Positions 16,863-26,098 of a stretch of 64,000 nt of DNA are shown here, piece after piece. The translations under genes were made by a program, and so were the position numbers. The notes under the pieces are model-generated. The model made no database searches, was not told where the DNA came from, and was given only the letters and a program-made list of their open reading frames with translations. This DNA comes from Patescibacteria group bacterium (GTDB lineage: Bacteria; Patescibacteriota; Patescibacteriia; Patescibacteriales; UBA12465). The stretch is from NCBI GenBank assembly GCA_050949525.1, contig JBMNFW010000001.1:271890-335889 (forward strand). The letters are read 5' to 3'. The first letter of the stretch is position 1, and each line of letters begins with the position of its first letter.

Positions 16863-16893
16863 ATATTTTCTAGTTGTGGTAATATAAAGTTGT

Positions 16894-17889
16894 ATGATAA
16901 AAATTACTTTAGGTTTAGTAACCTATAATCAATCTACATTTAAGTATTTAGAGCACTTTTTTTCAAGTTTAAAAGTTTCCTTAAGTTTAGCTTTAGAAAA
17001 GTGGCCTAATTTAGATTTTAAAATAGCGGTTTTTGATAATAGTGATAGTAATTATCAAGATAACTATAATTATCTTAAGGAAGAGGATCGAGTAGTTAAG
17101 ATTTTTCGTTCTGAGGTTAATCTTGGTTTTGCTAAAGCCTATAATCAATTAATACAATGGTCTTTAGAACAAGAGGATCAGTTTTTTTTAATGCTTAATC
17201 CTGATATTTTAGTAGATAAAGATTTTCTTAGGGAAATTATTGAAGTTATTTTAAAAGAGTCAGAGGTAGCTGTTTTAGCTCCTAAAATATATTATTGGGA
17301 TTTCGTTAATAAAGCTAAGACTAGGATTATTGATAGTTGTGGTTTAGGTTTAAGTCGAGCTCATTATTTTTTTGATCGAGGTCAGGGAAAATTAGATCAA
17401 CTTGATTATCGTGATCAAGAAGAAATTTTTGGTTTTACTGGGGCGGGAGCTTTAATTAATTTAGAGAGAATAAAAAAAATAGCTTATAATGAAAAAGAGT
17501 TTTTTGATGAAATGATGTTTATGTATAAAGAGGATATTGATCTTTCTTATCGATTACAAATAGCTGGAGAAAAAATAGTTTTTGTTCCTAAGGCCATTCT
17601 TTATCATGATCGTAGCTTGGGAAAATCTAAATGGCGTCAGTTGTTTAAGCTTAAAAATCGGAATCAGTCTCGACAACAGTCTTTTTTAAATCAGTTGATA
17701 ATTTTGTATAAAATTAGAAAACTTCCTTTTTCTTGGAAAACTAGAGTTTTTTCTGGAGGACGTTGTTTATTGTTAATTATCTATGCCTTTATTTTTGCCA
17801 GACAAGCTCTAAAAGAATTTAGACAAATTAGAAGAGATATTCGAATTCACGTTGGTGATGTAAAAAGAATTGAGAGGTTTATGGTATAA
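16894..17889 (+). CDS. Family 2 glycosyltransferase
   Basis: The N-terminal ITLGLVTYNQ, then DNSDSN, then NLGFAKAYN and NPD pattern is typical of GT2 (rhamnosyl/galactosyl-transferase-like). Confidence 0.75.
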   Translation: MIKITLGLVTYNQSTFKYLEHFFSSLKVSLSLALEKWPNLDFKIAVFDNSDSNYQDNYNYLKEEDRVVKIFRSEVNLGFAKAYNQLIQWSLEQEDQFFLMLNPDILVDKDFLREIIEVILKESEVAVLAPKIYYWDFVNKAKTRIIDSCGLGLSRAHYFFDRGQGKLDQLDYRDQEEIFGFTGAGALINLERIKKIAYNEKEFFDEMMFMYKEDIDLSYRLQIAGEKIVFVPKAILYHDRSLGKSKWRQLFKLKNRNQSRQQSFLNQLIILYKIRKLPFSWKTRVFSGGRCLLLIIYAFIFARQALKEFRQIRRDIRIHVGDVKRIERFMV

Positions 17890-17898
17890 ATTGTTATG

Positions 17899-18997
17899 AA
17901 TAAGTTCAGATACATTTTGGAAAATAAAAAGCCCAAAATGTATGCAGATAAAGTTTAAGTACTATAATTGTCCCGGATTTGGTACATTATATAATGATGC
18001 AATTAAGCAAAAATATATGATTACCAAAGAAGCTAGACAAAGACTCAAAATATTAGAATTTTGGAAGCAATATGGCCTTCAAGCCACTACTGATGCCTTT
18101 GGGGTTAAAAAATCTACCCTATACAATTGGCAAAAAATATTTAGAGAAGGGGGTGGCAAGATAGAAGCTCTCAATCCTAAATCCCAAGCTAGGATTAACA
18201 AGAATAAAAGAGAAATACATCCTCTGATATTAAAAGAGATTAGACGTTTAAGACTAGAGATTTGTCCTAATATGGATAAAACTAAAGTTAAAAAATTTTT
18301 AGATAAATTTTGTGAAATTAATAATTTACCAATATACTCAGAATCAAAGATAGGTAGAATTATTAAAGATAAAGATATATATCATCATAGACAGAAAATA
18401 TCTCATTTTGGTAAGATTAAAAAAATTAAAAAAACTAAAAAGAAAAGAAAACCTAAGGAATTACAAGTAAATAATCCTGGGGATTTAATAGAGATAGATA
18501 CTGTTGTTAGATTTCACAATGGATTAAAGAGATATATTATTACCGCTGTTGATACTTTTAGCCGAACAGCTTTCGCTTATGCCTATAACAGAATTAGTAG
18601 CTCTAATGCTAAAGATTTTTTTAAAAAATTAGAAGAAGTCATGCCCTTTAATATTAAGGCTGTTCAGACTGATAATGGTTTAGAATTCCATCTCTATTTT
18701 AAAAAATACTTAGAAGAGAGAAAAATTGAGCATTATTTCAATTATCCAGGTAGACCATACAAACAGGGTCATATTGAGAAGTTTAATAGGACTATTCAAG
18801 AAGAATTCATTGATTGGAGTGGTGAAAAATACTTTGATAATTTAGATGATTTTAATAATTTGTTAATTGATTGGCTTCTTTGGTATAATACCGATAGACC
18901 ACATTGGAGCCTTGAATTAGTATCTCCGATGAATTATTTGGTTAATAATAATTTTTTTTCCAAAATGACGTGGATTAATACATACGCTTGACTTATT
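17899..18997 (+). mobile_element. IS481-like insertion sequence (single-ORF HTH plus DDE/rve transposase); ends only weakly defined
   Basis: AATAAGT (17899-17905) and ACTTATT (18991-18997) are inverted. CATTTTGGAAAA at 17913-17924 also has a perfect inverted copy at about 18955-18966. I could not identify a clear target duplication. Confidence 0.6.
17942..18991 (+). CDS. Transposase, integrase-core (rve) DDE family
   Basis: HTH region KKSTLYNWQKIF. Catalytic residues lie in IEIDTV, QTDNGLEF and GHIEKFNRTIQEEF. The start may instead be the Met at 18017. Confidence 0.85.
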   Translation: MQIKFKYYNCPGFGTLYNDAIKQKYMITKEARQRLKILEFWKQYGLQATTDAFGVKKSTLYNWQKIFREGGGKIEALNPKSQARINKNKREIHPLILKEIRRLRLEICPNMDKTKVKKFLDKFCEINNLPIYSESKIGRIIKDKDIYHHRQKISHFGKIKKIKKTKKKRKPKELQVNNPGDLIEIDTVVRFHNGLKRYIITAVDTFSRTAFAYAYNRISSSNAKDFFKKLEEVMPFNIKAVQTDNGLEFHLYFKKYLEERKIEHYFNYPGRPYKQGHIEKFNRTIQEEFIDWSGEKYFDNLDDFNNLLIDWLLWYNTDRPHWSLELVSPMNYLVNNNFFSKMTWINTYA

Positions 18998-19079
18998 ATA
19001 TTTATTTTGTTAGATTTTAGATACTTTAAAAGAACCCTTTGGGTTTTTGTGTTTTGATTATTATATAATTTTTTAATTT

Positions 19080-19499
19080 ATGCCTACAATTAATCAGTTG
19101 ATTAGAAAAGGACGAAAAGCGTCAACCAAAAGAAAGAAAAATTTAGCTTTAAGAACTACTTTAGATTCTTTACATCGTAAGAGAAAAGTTAGAACTAAAG
19201 GAGCTCCTTTTAAGCAGGGAGTTTGTCTTAAGGTTACTACTATAACTCCTAAGAAACCTAACTCAGCTTTACGTAAGATTGCTCGTGTTCGTCTTTCTAA
19301 TGGAATGGAAGTTACCGCTTATATTCCAGGTATGGGCCATAATTTACAAGAACACTCTATCGTTCTTATAAAAGGTGGAAAGACTAAAGATTTACCGGGA
19401 GTTAGATACAAAATAGTTCGAGGTGTTTATGATACTCAGGGAGTGGAAGCTCGACGACAGAGTCGTAGTTTATATGGTGCTAAAAAACCTAAAGAATAA
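19080..19499 (+). CDS. rpsL: 30S ribosomal protein S12
   Basis: [12 protein letters not shown]...[11 protein letters not shown]. Confidence 0.96.
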   Translation: MPTINQLIRKGRKASTKRKKNLALRTTLDSLHRKRKVRTKGAPFKQGVCLKVTTITPKKPNSALRKIARVRLSNGMEVTAYIPGMGHNLQEHSIVLIKGGKTKDLPGVRYKIVRGVYDTQGVEARRQSRSLYGAKKPKE

Positions 19500-19553
19500 A
19501 TTTTTATAAATAAATATATAATTAAATTGTTATAGCTGGCAATTTTTAAAACT

Positions 19554-20021
19554 ATGAGAGGTAAACAAGCCCCTAAAAGAGATATTGATAATGATTTAAA
19601 GTATGGCGATAAAGGGATCGCTAAATTCATTAATTATATTATGAAGGACGGAAAAAGATCAGTTGCTCAAACTATTGTCTATGATGCTTTTGATATTATT
19701 AGACAAGAGACTAAGCATGATCCTCGTCATATTTTTAATAAAGCTTTAAAAAGAGTTTCTCCTTTATTAGAGGTGAGAGGAAAGAGAGTTGGGGGAGCTA
19801 ACTATCAGGTTCCTTTTCAGGTTAGAGGTGAACGTCGTTTTTATTTAGGATGTCATTGGATTATTGATGCTGCTAAAGCTCGAAAAGGACGATCAATGGC
19901 TGAGAAATTAGCTGCCGAAATTTTAGATGCTTCTAATGGTGAAGGAGCTGCTATTAGAAAGAAAGAAGCTGTTCATAAGATGGCTGAGTCTAATAAGGCT
20001 TTTGCTCATTTTGCTCGATAA
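19554..20021 (+). CDS. rpsG: 30S ribosomal protein S7
   Basis: LLEVRGKRVGGANYQVPFQVRGERR and the C-terminal NKAFAHFAR. Confidence 0.96.
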   Translation: MRGKQAPKRDIDNDLKYGDKGIAKFINYIMKDGKRSVAQTIVYDAFDIIRQETKHDPRHIFNKALKRVSPLLEVRGKRVGGANYQVPFQVRGERRFYLGCHWIIDAAKARKGRSMAEKLAAEILDASNGEGAAIRKKEAVHKMAESNKAFAHFAR

Positions 20022-20047
20022 TTAATAATTTAAATTAAAAATATTTT

Positions 20048-22126
20048 ATGTCACAAGATTATAGTTTAGATAAATTTCGTAATATCGGAATCATGGCTCA
20101 TATTGATGCTGGAAAAACAACTTTCTCCGAAAGAGTTCTTTTTTATACTGGAAAAAAACATAAAGTAGGTGAAACTCATGATGGAGCTGCTGAGATGGAT
20201 TGGATGGAACAAGAACGAGAACGTGGTATTACCATCACTTCTGCTGCTACTACTTGTTTCTGGAAAGATAATAAGATTAATGTTATTGATACTCCAGGTC
20301 ACGTGGACTTTACTGTGGAAGTTGAAAGATCATTACGAGTTTTAGACGGAGCTGTAGCTGTTTTTGATGGTTCACAGGGAGTTGAACCTCAATCAGAAAC
20401 TGTTTGGCGTCAAGCTGATAAGTATAATGTTCCTCGTTTATGTTTTATTAATAAGATGGACAAAACTGGTGCTGATTTTTATATGAGCTTAGAGTCAATT
20501 AGAAAGAGATTAAATCCTAAGGCTGTAGCTTATCAATTACCGATTGGAGCTGAAGATAAATTTTTGGGTATCATTGATATTTTAAGTAAAAAAGCCTATA
20601 AGTTCGAGGGGAATTTTGGTGAACAGGTTAATGAGATGCCAGTTCCAGAGGATATGAAAGATAAGTTAGATCAGTATTATAATGAATTAGTGGAAAAAAT
20701 AGTGGAATTTGATGATGCTCTAACTGAAAAGTATTTGGGTGGAGAAGAAATTTCTTTAGAAGAATTAAAAAAAGCTTTACGTAAAGGAGTTATTGCTAAT
20801 GGTATTTATCCAGTATTATGTGGTACTGCCTTACAAAATGTTGGAGTTCAGTTAGCTTTAGATGCTGTTTGTGATTATTTACCCTCACCTTTAGATGTGC
20901 CACAAATTGAAGGTAGTGATGTGAAAGATGAAACTAAAAAAATAATTATTAAAGCTGATGAAAAAGAGCCTTTTGCTGGTATAGCTTTTAAAGTAGCTAC
21001 TGATCCTTTTGTTGGAAAGCTTTGCTTTGTTAGAGTTTATAGTGGAGTTTTAAGTTCTGGTTCTTATGTTTTAAATGCTTCTACTGGTAATAAAGAGAGA
21101 ATTGGTCGTTTAGTTCGAATGCATGCTAATCATCGTGAAGAGATTAAAGAAATTAAGGCTGGTGATATTGCCGCTGTTATTGGTTTAAAGGATACTACTA
21201 CCGGAAATACCTTATGTGATGAAAAGCATCCAGTATTATTAGAATCAATTACTTTTCCTGAGCCAGTTATTAAAATTGCTGTTGAACCAAAAACTAAAGC
21301 TGATCAAGAAAAGATGGGGGTAGCTTTAGGTCGCTTAGCAGAAGAAGATCCAACCTTTAGAGTGGAGAGTGATGAAGAAACTGGTCAAGTTTTAATTTCA
21401 GGAATGGGAGAATTACATTTAGATATTTTAGTAGAAAGAATGAAGCGAGAGTTTGGAGTTGAGGCTAATGTTGGTAATCCTCAAGTATCATATCGAGAGA
21501 CTATTAGAAAAATGGCTGAAGCCGAGCATAAATATGCTAAGCAGTCTGGTGGTCGTGGACAATATGGTCATTGTTATCTTCGAGTTGAACCTCAAGAGGT
21601 GGGAGAAGGTTATCAGTTTGTTGATGAGGTAAAAGGGGGAGTAATTCCTAAGGAATATATTCCAGCTATTGAAAAAGGTGTTAAGGAAGCTATGCAAAGT
21701 GGAGTTTCAGCTGGTTATCCAGTAGTTGATGTTAAGGTTACAGTTTATGATGGATCTTATCATGAAGTTGACTCTTCCGAGATTGCCTTTAAAATGGCGG
21801 CTATTTTTGCTTTTAAGGATGCTTGTCAAAAAGCTAATCCAGTTCTCTTGGAGCCAATTATGAAAGTTGAAGTAACTACTCCGGAAGAATACATGGGTAA
21901 TATTATCGGTGATCTTAATGCTAAAAGAGGTCAGGTAGATGAAATGACTGAAAGAGGAAATGCTAAAGTAGTTCTAGCTAAAGTTCCTTTAGCGGAAATG
22001 TTTGGTTATGCTACCTCTCTTCGATCTATGAGTCAGGGACGAGCTAACTATGTGATGGAGTTCTCTCATTATAATGAAGTGCCGAGAAATATTTTAGAAA
22101 AGATTAAAGAGGAGAGCGGTAAATAG
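20048..22126 (+). CDS. fusA: Elongation factor G
   Basis: [22 protein letters not shown] and NKMDK GTPase motifs; 692 aa. Confidence 0.97.
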   Translation: MSQDYSLDKFRNIGIMAHIDAGKTTFSERVLFYTGKKHKVGETHDGAAEMDWMEQERERGITITSAATTCFWKDNKINVIDTPGHVDFTVEVERSLRVLDGAVAVFDGSQGVEPQSETVWRQADKYNVPRLCFINKMDKTGADFYMSLESIRKRLNPKAVAYQLPIGAEDKFLGIIDILSKKAYKFEGNFGEQVNEMPVPEDMKDKLDQYYNELVEKIVEFDDALTEKYLGGEEISLEELKKALRKGVIANGIYPVLCGTALQNVGVQLALDAVCDYLPSPLDVPQIEGSDVKDETKKIIIKADEKEPFAGIAFKVATDPFVGKLCFVRVYSGVLSSGSYVLNASTGNKERIGRLVRMHANHREEIKEIKAGDIAAVIGLKDTTTGNTLCDEKHPVLLESITFPEPVIKIAVEPKTKADQEKMGVALGRLAEEDPTFRVESDEETGQVLISGMGELHLDILVERMKREFGVEANVGNPQVSYRETIRKMAEAEHKYAKQSGGRGQYGHCYLRVEPQEVGEGYQFVDEVKGGVIPKEYIPAIEKGVKEAMQSGVSAGYPVVDVKVTVYDGSYHEVDSSEIAFKMAAIFAFKDACQKANPVLLEPIMKVEVTTPEEYMGNIIGDLNAKRGQVDEMTERGNAKVVLAKVPLAEMFGYATSLRSMSQGRANYVMEFSHYNEVPRNILEKIKEESGK

Positions 22127-22146
22127 GTTAATAGTATAATAAATTA

Positions 22147-22173
22147 AAAACGAGTCTTAGGGCTCGTTTTTTG
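22147..22173 (+). terminator. Intrinsic terminator after fusA
   Basis: AAAACGAG...CTCGTTTT stem followed by a T run. Confidence 0.7.
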
Positions 22174-22183
22174 TTTATTTTTG

Positions 22184-22192
22184 TGTTATAAT
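22184..22192 (+). promoter_or_regulatory. Extended -10 promoter element for the pilin-FISUMP pair
   Basis: TGtTATAAT ends 8 nt before the ATG at 22201, implying a leaderless or near-leaderless mRNA. No convincing -35 box. Confidence 0.4.
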
Positions 22193-22200
22193 TTTTTCAT

Positions 22201-23253
22201 ATGAATCAGAGAAAAGCTTTTACTTTAATTGAATTAATAATAGTGATATCTATTATTGTTATTTTATTTAGTTTATCTTTATTTTTTGTTTCTCGATCTC
22301 GAAGTCAAGGAAAAGATTTAAAAGTGCTATCTAATATCAGCCAGTTTCAAATAGCTTTAGATAATTATAATATTAGTGAGGGGTCTTATCCAGAATTTTT
22401 AGATTTAGATAATTTTGCTTTAGTTGGTCACGAAGCTCAACTTCTTTTTTCTTTTATCCCTAAACATATTAATAGTTCTGACTATCGATATAATGAAGTT
22501 GATAATACTTATGAGTTAGAGTTTTATTTAGAAAATGCGGTTGATAATTTAAAAGCGGGGGCTAAGTGTGCTATTCCGGGTAAAATTTTGGAGGGAGCTT
22601 GTTGTTTTCATCCGGTGCTAGATGGAGAAGGTAATTCTTATCCGGTGGTTAGAATTGGTGAGCAGTGTTGGATGGCTAAGAGTTTGAATTTAGGGGAAAT
22701 GATGTGCTCATCTTATAGTGGTAGCTCTACTTGCTCTGAGAGTCCTAGTGATAATGGGGTTATAGAAAAATATTGTTATTTTAATTTAGAGGAAAATTGT
22801 AATGTTTTTGGTGGTCTTTATCGATGGAATGAGGCGATGAATTATACTGATAATCCACAAGGGATTTGCCCTGATGGTTGGCGGATTGCTAATGATCAGG
22901 ATTGGCATGTTTTAGAGTCTTATTTAAAAAATAGTGGTCAAGATTGTGATCCGATCCGAGCTGGTAGTTTTTCTTGTTTTCCGGCTGGTAATAGATTAAA
23001 AATAGATCTTCCGGAGTCTAATCCTTATTGGTCAGGTAGCAATACTTCTGGTTTTTCGGCTTATCCTGGCGGTATTTTTGATGGTTATAATTTTTCTGAT
23101 CAAAGTTTGACAGCCTTTTGGTCACCTGGCTATTATTTTGGTGATATCATACCATATTATCGACTTTTGAAATATAATGATGACCGAGTTTATCGTTGTA
23201 AGTTTCCCGATCCTTATGCTTTAGCTATTCGTTGTATAAAAGATTATGAATAA
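22201..23253 (+). CDS. Type IV pilin-like protein fused to a FISUMP domain (paralog 2)
   Basis: MNQRKAFTLIELIIVISIIVILF prepilin N-terminus. C-terminal GEQCWMAKSL, GGLYRWNEA, CPDGWRIANDQDW, GFSAYPGG and IRCIKD. Confidence 0.8.
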   Translation: MNQRKAFTLIELIIVISIIVILFSLSLFFVSRSRSQGKDLKVLSNISQFQIALDNYNISEGSYPEFLDLDNFALVGHEAQLLFSFIPKHINSSDYRYNEVDNTYELEFYLENAVDNLKAGAKCAIPGKILEGACCFHPVLDGEGNSYPVVRIGEQCWMAKSLNLGEMMCSSYSGSSTCSESPSDNGVIEKYCYFNLEENCNVFGGLYRWNEAMNYTDNPQGICPDGWRIANDQDWHVLESYLKNSGQDCDPIRAGSFSCFPAGNRLKIDLPESNPYWSGSNTSGFSAYPGGIFDGYNFSDQSLTAFWSPGYYFGDIIPYYRLLKYNDDRVYRCKFPDPYALAIRCIKDYE

Positions 23254-24355
23254 TCGTAAAATAAAAAATAGAACCGCTTTTACCTTAATTGAACTTATGG
23301 TGGTTATTTTTTTAATTGCCTTAATTGGATCCTTAGTTAGTGTGTATTTTTCTCAATATCGAAGGGTTCTTCGTGATGGGAAAAGATTGATGGATGTTTC
23401 TGAAATTCAATTAGCTTTGGAAAATTATCGTATGTTTGAAGGTTATTATCCGATAGAATTGAATCCCGGTGAAGCATTAGTTGGTCCATCGAGCGGTCGA
23501 ATTTATTTAGATCAAGTTCCAGAAAATCCAATATATCGTAATTCTTTTTGTTCCTCACCTGATTATAATTACACTTATGATGCTGAAGAAGATGAATATC
23601 GTATTTCTTTTTGTTTGGAAGGGCGGTTTGAGAATTATAATCCAGGATCTAAATGTGCTTTTAGTGGTGAGGTATTTGAGGGGGCTTGTGTTTCTTGTCC
23701 ATCATTTATTTCTGATATTGATGGTAATAATTATTCAACAGTGGTTATTGGAAATCAATGTTGGATGGCGGAAAATTTAAAAGTTACTAAATATAATGAT
23801 GGTAGTGATATTCTGTATCCTGGTGTCGATATGGATCTTTGGGTTAATAATACTGAAGGGGCTTATGCTTGTTGGTGGAATGATATGAGTAATTGCAGTA
23901 CCAATAGAGGTGCTTTGTATAATTGGTATGCTATTAGTAATCCTAAAGGTTTATGTCCGGAAGGTTGGCATGTCGCTACTCATTATGAGTTTATTCAATT
24001 AGAAAATAATGTTTGCGTATCTAGTGGTAATAGTGTGGAATATTGTCAGGAGATATTTCCTTTTGATTATAGTACTAATGGTTGGCTGGGAACTGATGAG
24101 GGTCGTCGATTAAAGGCCGTTACTTGGAGTAATGGAACTGATGATCTTGGTTTTTCTTTAGTTCCTACTGGTTATCGTCATGATAATGGTAATTTCTATT
24201 CTAATGCTACTGATTGGGCTTTTGTATCAACGGCTACTGAAATAGGGGATAATAATTGGCGTCGACTTTTTAGCCCTGATGAAGATCGAATTCAGCGAGT
24301 TAAAAACGCACCTAAGACTAGAGGAAATTCAGTTCGATGTGTTCAAGATTATTAG
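23246..24355 (+). CDS. Type IV pilin-like protein fused to a FISUMP domain (paralog 3)
   Basis: RTAFTLIELMVVIFLIALIG N-terminus. GNQCWMAENL, GALYNWYA, CPEGWHVATHYEF, GFSLVPTGYR and SVRCVQD. It overlaps the upstream paralog by 8 nt. Confidence 0.8.
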   Translation: MNNRKIKNRTAFTLIELMVVIFLIALIGSLVSVYFSQYRRVLRDGKRLMDVSEIQLALENYRMFEGYYPIELNPGEALVGPSSGRIYLDQVPENPIYRNSFCSSPDYNYTYDAEEDEYRISFCLEGRFENYNPGSKCAFSGEVFEGACVSCPSFISDIDGNNYSTVVIGNQCWMAENLKVTKYNDGSDILYPGVDMDLWVNNTEGAYACWWNDMSNCSTNRGALYNWYAISNPKGLCPEGWHVATHYEFIQLENNVCVSSGNSVEYCQEIFPFDYSTNGWLGTDEGRRLKAVTWSNGTDDLGFSLVPTGYRHDNGNFYSNATDWAFVSTATEIGDNNWRRLFSPDEDRIQRVKNAPKTRGNSVRCVQDY

Positions 24356-24423
24356 TTAACTTGATTTTTAAAAAAACTGTGTTATAATCCTGAGTTAAAA
24401 TATTTAGAATTAAATTTTCTTTT

Positions 24424-24675
24424 ATGTCCAAACAGTTAAAACAGGTTATAAAATTATCACAGCAGACTGGAGATCGAGTAATAGTTTTTGATAATAGTGC
24501 TCCGGAAGAATCTTTTGTGTTAATGACTTTAGATCAATATCAGGATTTAATTAATTCCGATTCTAATTCCTTGACAGAAAAAAAAATAGTTGATAATATA
24601 GGCAGTAATAATGAGAAGTCCAAGAAAAATAATAATTGGAGTATTCCTTCTCAAGTAAAAGAAGAATCAGAGTAA
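24424..24675 (+). CDS. Small hypothetical protein with a Phd/YefM-antitoxin-like N-terminal segment
   Basis: GDRVIVFDNSAPEESFVLMTLDQYQDL resembles the PILITRxGxxxxVLMSLEEYxSL core of YefM/Phd as I recall it. The C-terminal tail is polar and low in complexity. No toxin gene is adjacent. Confidence 0.35.
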   Translation: MSKQLKQVIKLSQQTGDRVIVFDNSAPEESFVLMTLDQYQDLINSDSNSLTEKKIVDNIGSNNEKSKKNNNWSIPSQVKEESE

Positions 24676-24689
24676 TGATTTAATAAATA

Positions 24690-24719
24690 AAAATAGTTAA
24701 TATTTTTTAACTATTTTTG
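24690..24719 (+). terminator. AT-rich intrinsic terminator
   Basis: AAAATAGTTAA/TTAACTATTTT 11-bp stem, 6-nt loop, T run. Confidence 0.55.
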
Positions 24720-24720
24720 G

Positions 24721-24748
24721 TTGTTTAAATACAAATTTAATTTATAAT
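24721..24748 (+). promoter_or_regulatory. Promoter of tuf
   Basis: TTGTTT, 16 nt, TATAAT. Confidence 0.5.
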
Positions 24749-24757
24749 TAATTTAAT

Positions 24758-24803
24758 CGACTGGTTGCCTTTTAGGCAGGTAACTCTCCATTAGGAGGGG
24801 TCG
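24758..24803 (+). promoter_or_regulatory. GC-rich structured element in the tuf 5' UTR
   Basis: Closing stem CGAC/GTCG encloses two hairpins: TGCCT-ttt-AGGCA and CTCTCC-atta-GGAGGG (one G-U pair). The segment stands out against AT-rich surroundings. Confidence 0.4.
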
Positions 24804-24816
24804 TAAGTTTAAAAAA

Positions 24817-26004
24817 ATGGCAGAAAAATTTGAACGCGGAAAAGACCATGTCAACGTTGGCACCATTGGACACGTTGATCATGGAAAAACAACCTTGACA
24901 GCTGCGATTTTAAATGTAGCTAATGCTCAGGGTATGAAAGCAACTCAACGGGATGTCAAAGAAATTGACAATGCTCCGGAAGAGAAAGAGAGAGGGATTA
25001 CTATTGCTACCTCTCACCAAGAGTATGAGACTGAGTCTCGTCACTATGCTCACGTTGACTGTCCTGGTCACGCTGATTATGTTAAAAACATGATCACTGG
25101 AGCAGCTCAAATGGATGGAGCTATTTTAGTAGTTTCAGCCACTGATGGACCAATGCCTCAAACTCGAGAACACATCTTATTAGCTAAGCAAGTTGGTGTT
25201 CCTTATATCGTTGTATTTTTAAACAAATGCGATATGGTTAGTGATAAGGAATTAATTGACTTAGTTGAAGAAGAGGTGCGAGATTTATTAAAGAAATATG
25301 ATTTTCCTGGAGATGCTACTCCAATTATTCGAGGTAGTGCTTTAAAGGCTTTAGAGAATCCTAGCGGACCAGATGCTCAACCAGTAGTTGATTTATTAAA
25401 AGCTTTAGATGAATACATTCCAACTCCAGAAAGAGATTTAGATAAACCATTCTTAATGCCAATTGAGGATATTTTCTCTATTGAAGGACGAGGAACTGTA
25501 GTAACTGGAAGAATTGAGCGAGGTATTATTAAGGTGGGAGAGGAAGTTGAAATTGTTGGTTTAATGGAAACTAAAAAAACTACTATTACTGGAGTTGAAA
25601 TGTTTAACAAATCTTTAGATCAAGGACAAGCTGGAGATAATGCTGGATTACTTCTTCGAGGAACTAAGAAAGATGAAGTAGAGCGAGGACAAGTTTTAGC
25701 TAAACCAGGAACTGTTACTCCTCACACTGAATTTGAAGCTCAGGTTTATATTTTAAGTAAGGATGAGGGTGGACGACATAAACCTTTCTTTAAGGGTTAT
25801 AAACCACAATTCTATATTCGAACTACCGATGTTACTGGAGAGGTAGAGTTACCAGCTGGAGTTGAGATGGTTATGCCGGGTGATACTGTTAACATGACTG
25901 TTAAACTTATTTCACCAATTGCTCTAGAGGATAAGCAAAGATTTGCTATTCGAGAGGGTGGACGAACTGTTGGAGCTGGAACTATTTCTAAGATTATTAA
26001 ATAA
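24817..26004 (+). CDS. tuf: Elongation factor Tu
   Basis: [18 protein letters not shown] and NKCD motifs; 395 aa. Confidence 0.98.
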   Translation: MAEKFERGKDHVNVGTIGHVDHGKTTLTAAILNVANAQGMKATQRDVKEIDNAPEEKERGITIATSHQEYETESRHYAHVDCPGHADYVKNMITGAAQMDGAILVVSATDGPMPQTREHILLAKQVGVPYIVVFLNKCDMVSDKELIDLVEEEVRDLLKKYDFPGDATPIIRGSALKALENPSGPDAQPVVDLLKALDEYIPTPERDLDKPFLMPIEDIFSIEGRGTVVTGRIERGIIKVGEEVEIVGLMETKKTTITGVEMFNKSLDQGQAGDNAGLLLRGTKKDEVERGQVLAKPGTVTPHTEFEAQVYILSKDEGGRHKPFFKGYKPQFYIRTTDVTGEVELPAGVEMVMPGDTVNMTVKLISPIALEDKQRFAIREGGRTVGAGTISKIIK

Positions 26005-26010
26005 ATATTT

Positions 26011-26045
26011 AGACCTGTTCTCTTAATGGAGGACAGGTCTTTAAT
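26011..26045 (+). terminator. Hairpin terminator after tuf
   Basis: AGACCTGT...ACAGGTCT stem that can be extended further. The T tail is weak. Confidence 0.55.
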
Positions 26046-26098
26046 GTTTATTTAGATAGAAACATTACCAATATTTTTGGTTAATTCATAATTTAAGT

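Noticed and set aside
19033-19052. Small hairpin AACCC-ttt-GGGTT plus T run between the IS and rpsL, as a functional terminator or rpsL promoter
   Set aside because: The stem is only 5 bp, and I could not pair the nearby TATAAT (19064-19069) with a credible -35 box. Evidence is too weak to annotate.
24758-24803. tRNA fragment upstream of tuf (tRNA genes often precede tuf)
   Set aside because: It has no T-loop or D-loop consensus and is only 46 nt long. The structure is not a partial cloverleaf.
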